NCBI GenBank assembly: GCA_047495785.1
Contig: JBLDXI010000042.1
Coordinates: 1,488,001-1,552,000 of the forward strand
DNA length: 64,000 nucleotides
Reading direction: 5' to 3'
From: Lepidodermella squamata
Lineage: Eukaryota; Animalia; Gastrotricha
A model generated the notes under the pieces. The model ran no database searches. It was not told where the DNA came from and worked only from the letters and a program-made list of their open reading frames with translations. Of the stretch, positions 60,427 to 64,000 are shown one piece after another. The first letter of the stretch is position 1; the number at the start of each line of letters is the position of its first letter. The position numbers were made by a program, and so were the translations under genes.

Positions 60427-60914
60427 CTAGAAAAAGTGAAGTCGATTAAACAAAGAATGAAGATCAAATCATTCGAAGATTGATCTCGCCTATAGTTCTG
60501 TGATTTGGATGAATAATCAAGAAATTAAACTATTTTTTTTAATTAAGCCCACTGGGGTAATTATTAATTCTTTATCAAGGATTTTACCGAATAAATTAAA
60601 AATTTACCGGGGAAAACCCTGAAAATCCCGATTGTAACTGGCTTGATAATTTTTGGTTTTTACAAGGCCGGATCAAATTTCTTCGGATTTTTCGTAATCC
60701 CATTCACAAGAGACATAATTGCTTTCCAGCGAAAAAAACGAAATCTAGAAATATCAGTGAAGAAAGTACCGGGGAGAATGGCGGGTATCGTACCCCCCAG
60801 GCCCCAGGTCACAAGCCTAAGGTGAAAACCATATAAAAAAACTACAAGGGGGATCATTTGGGAATCCTACTTCTCTTACTATTAGCTGAGAGGAGGCAAA
60901 AAGGCCTTTGCTTT

Positions 60915-62070
60915 TTAGTTAGTTAGTTAGTTAGTTAGTTTTATTTTTGCTCCCAACATGTTACAATTTTTTAGGTATCTATCATATAGATACTAAGTAG
61001 TTATATATATCACATATATATTGATAAATCTGGAGCCAGGGACACTTATGCGCCCTGTCCATCCGCATCACAGCATTGAGATAGAATTTTTAACATTATT
61101 TTTAAAGATAAGTCTATCTTTGATATCAATAATATTTACAGGCAATTTGTTCCACTTATTAACTACTATATAGCTGAAAAAATTATACAATACATCGAGA
61201 TGAGATTTACGCATTAAGAGATAATACTTGTGACTACGCGTGTCATAATTAGATTTTTTAATATCGAAAAAGCAAGTGGTATGCAAGTTAACATTTCCTT
61301 TTAGAATATCATTTGTAACGCACAGGTCCCTTACTTGGTGGCGTTGAATAATACTTAAGCGATTAAGAGAACGAAGCCTTAATTCATAGTCGTGTGTTTT
61401 CATGACTCGCCACGTGAAATTTTTTTGAACACTTTCTAACAACTTCTGGTCACCGATAAACCTAGGAGACCATACTGTGCTACAATAAAGAACTATAGGT
61501 AGTACATAGATATCGAAAGCTTTCATTAATATATCAACTTTCTTAGTCTGGAAGGAGTGAAATATCATGCCACATATTTTTCTAGCTTTTGCCACAGTCT
61601 TAGCACAGTGATTAGAGAAGTTCAGATTACTATCGACAATTACACCAAGGTCACGAATTTCGTCAACACATTCAAGATAGTTATTCCCGATTTTTATATT
61701 TACAGATTCAGAGGTATTAATTTTTAATATAACGCATTTTTCAGAATTTAGAATCAGTTGTCGTTCTTTAAGATAATTTACAATGCTATCAACATCTTTT
61801 TGAATGTAGCTGTAGTCAAAAATATTTTTTTCTTTGTCAACCGGAGTAAGAGAAGTGTGCGGAAATAATTTGATGTCGTCGGCAAACATACGAATAATAC
61901 TAAATTTTATATATTTAGGAAGATCATTTATATAAAGTAGGAATAGCAAAGGGCCCAGCACACTGCCTTGAGGGACTCCGCTGCTAACATCGTACCAATC
62001 AGAGAACGAGTTGTGTATTTTTACTCTAAATTTGCGACCAGTTAGAAATGAAGAAATCCAGCTAAGCAGA
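60915..62070 (-). mobile_element. 5'-truncated CR1/Jockey-group LINE
   Basis: WISSFLTGRKFRV..GVPQGSVLGPLLFLLYINDL, MFADDIKL, RDLGVIVDSNLNF, FFSYIVVNKWNKLP; (TAAC)n 3' tail at ~60915-60940. Confidence 0.9.
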
Positions 62071-62429
62071 CATCGATGATTTTGCGCTATAAGGAGCCAA
62101 TGAAAAAATTCCTATCCAGAGTACTACGCACTATAAATAGTACTACGCACACATGTAGTAAGATATAGCCCATTGTATTCTGTGTGGAAAAAATATATGT
62201 ACTGGACGAATAATGACCAACAAATATCTTCGATACTGCGGTCATTCTGAGGTGTCTGCGCTGGGAATTCCGAGATAATCATGGAGGAAACGTTTCAGAA
62301 ACTCCTGGACTGAATCGTTCTTAGACAGCTCGAGTAAAACACAGTTCATACTCTCAACAATAAGCTTGTTTTAATAATTTTGAAACGCTTTCAAGTAGTC
62401 ATATCCATCCAAGTTTCGAGGGCGTAATG

Positions 62430-63962
62430 TCACGGCGGAGGTTTAGCGTCAATGCTGCAAGCAGTAGGTTTGTCTGCGTCTTCTTCGTAAGCCATTATGA
62501 CTGAGCGATAAGCTTCTGGAATGGTGCCTTTGTTGACCATTTCGATGAGATCCTTCTTAAGACTGGAATCGATCGGCAATCGCTTTTCGTATTTTTGAAC
62601 AAGTTGGAAAGGAAACAAAATGACGTCTTTGTTGTAGCGCTTGGCGACGAAAGTATGAAAAGCCAAGTCGAAAGTTTTCTTGGTTTGGAGATAATTAGGG
62701 TAGTCTTTCTCGTATCTGATCCAACATGGCTCCGACCATTTAACATCATTTTTCTGTTCGTCTTGCAAATACTGAGCGAACTTTGGTGACTTGTCAAAGC
62801 TGAAGAAGCTTGCAAATTGCATTTCAGTTATGCTGTATGGTTTCACTTTCAAGCGGTTTGGTGTTTCCTCGCCGTACACTTCGAGTCTCAGATCAGCATC
62901 AATCGGAGCCTTCCGCGACGCGGCCACGATTTCTCTCCATTCATTTGAATAGCTGATGTTGACTCGTTTCTTAGCTTCCCTTTCAATAGTGGCATGCACG
63001 GAATCACATTCCATTTGCGAGTGGCCCGGCTCGAAAAACTTGTGATCGATGACTTTGAGATTACCTTTGGAATTGGACAAGGCTGCGAATAAAGCGTTGA
63101 CAATGTACTGAGATTTGTTTTGGCTTCCAGTGCTGTCGCTCCATAGAATCAACTGCTCAACTTCGTCAGGAATCATTTCAGTGATGAATTTATAGAGACA
63201 TGAACCGACTTCATCCGTCCCACGACCCCCTTCTGTTTGATCCCACATGAAACAGTAGACATCTTTTGATGAAGTATCGTAGAAAGTCAGGTTTGAGGTG
63301 TGGAACTTTTTTTTGTACATTATCGAGCAGCAAGGGCTTTCGAGGATTGACTGCATATCAAACTGGATGCACAAGATCAATCCTTTCGACTGTTTTGCTA
63401 GAATTTTGTCAGCATTCTTGGCATCTCTTGCAGCGTCTCTGTTGGATTCGTGGTTCCGTTTCTCCACGATCACTTCATGGGTGAACAGTTCATCCGGCAA
63501 AGTCGCAAATCGTGTGCATTTCTTGCAGGTGTCCTTCTTGGGATGACTGAAAGCGAGATTGGGAAAAGATCTCTTGAATATGGATCGGTAAGTAGCGTAT
63601 TTGACGGGTTTCTCATCAGTACGCAGAGCCCAGTTTTGGTGTGCTATGCAGTACATTCGATGCATTTCCTTCAGATTGAGCGCGGACCCGAGATATTGCT
63701 TGCTAGTTTGACTTCTCGCATAATGACTGTCTAATCGCTCGAAAGAAGTGATGTGCTGATAAACAAATTTGTAAGAATTATCGCTGGTGGTATTCGGCGG
63801 CTTATGGCGACCGCGTTGATCTGGTATGATGTAGAAGCCGTCTTCGACTTTTTTCTCAACAGTTGTGTTTATAAAAGCGCGAGTTTCATCGAGCGCCTTC
63901 AGAAAGAAAGACCTGCATACTTCGATTGAGTCCCTAGATTGTGAAGGCGAAGGGGTTGCCAA
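62430..63962 (-). mobile_element. Sola1-like DDD DNA transposase (element continues beyond the window)
   Basis: Open 510 aa with SHYARS..YL, PKKDTCKKC, QFDMQ, WDQTEGGRG, WSDSTGSQNK, GHSQMECDSVH. The superfamily assignment is from recalled motifs. Confidence 0.7.
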
Positions 63963-64000
63963 GTAGTTGCCTGGTAAGTAATAATCAAATCTTCGAGGAC

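Noticed and set aside
1-64000. Prokaryotic systems (CRISPR arrays, operons, defence islands)
   Set aside because: Spliceosomal introns occur throughout, and I found no regularly spaced repeat-spacer array.

Overview
Eukaryotic, invertebrate-animal-like genomic DNA: AT-rich, with many ~45-60 nt GT-AG introns. The ORF track fragments or misses most genes, so I built the gene models by hand from splice sites. The species cannot be determined from the sequence. Contents in order: 3' part of a large mosaic extracellular protein (PAN-VWA-mucin-IgGFc-binding-SUEL-F5/8C-Sushi); a micro-exon gene ending in a C-type lectin domain; a class-C-like 7TM receptor; a trypsin-like protease with a catalytically dead tandem paralog; a frameshifted intronless Cys-loop channel; a tandem C2H2 zinc-finger cluster; an S10 serine carboxypeptidase and a 5'-truncated copy; two micro-exon genes ending in LamG-like domains plus a pseudogenised partial copy; a Sushi/LamG/SEA/GPI protein; an ankyrin exon; and many mobile elements (Tc1/mariner, RTE- and CR1-like LINEs, a Sola1-like transposase, MITEs). 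Two candidates stand out. (1) A complete 2.4-kb Tc1/mariner element (32697-35120) with a 3-intron DD43D transposase and a second spliced gene inside its TIRs, encoding a Myb/SANT-like protein with an acidic tail. (2) A secreted family built from mostly phase-0 micro-exons that encode a repeated 4-Cys module, with variable repeat number and different C-terminal lectin-type heads. All domain names come from motif recognition, not database searches.
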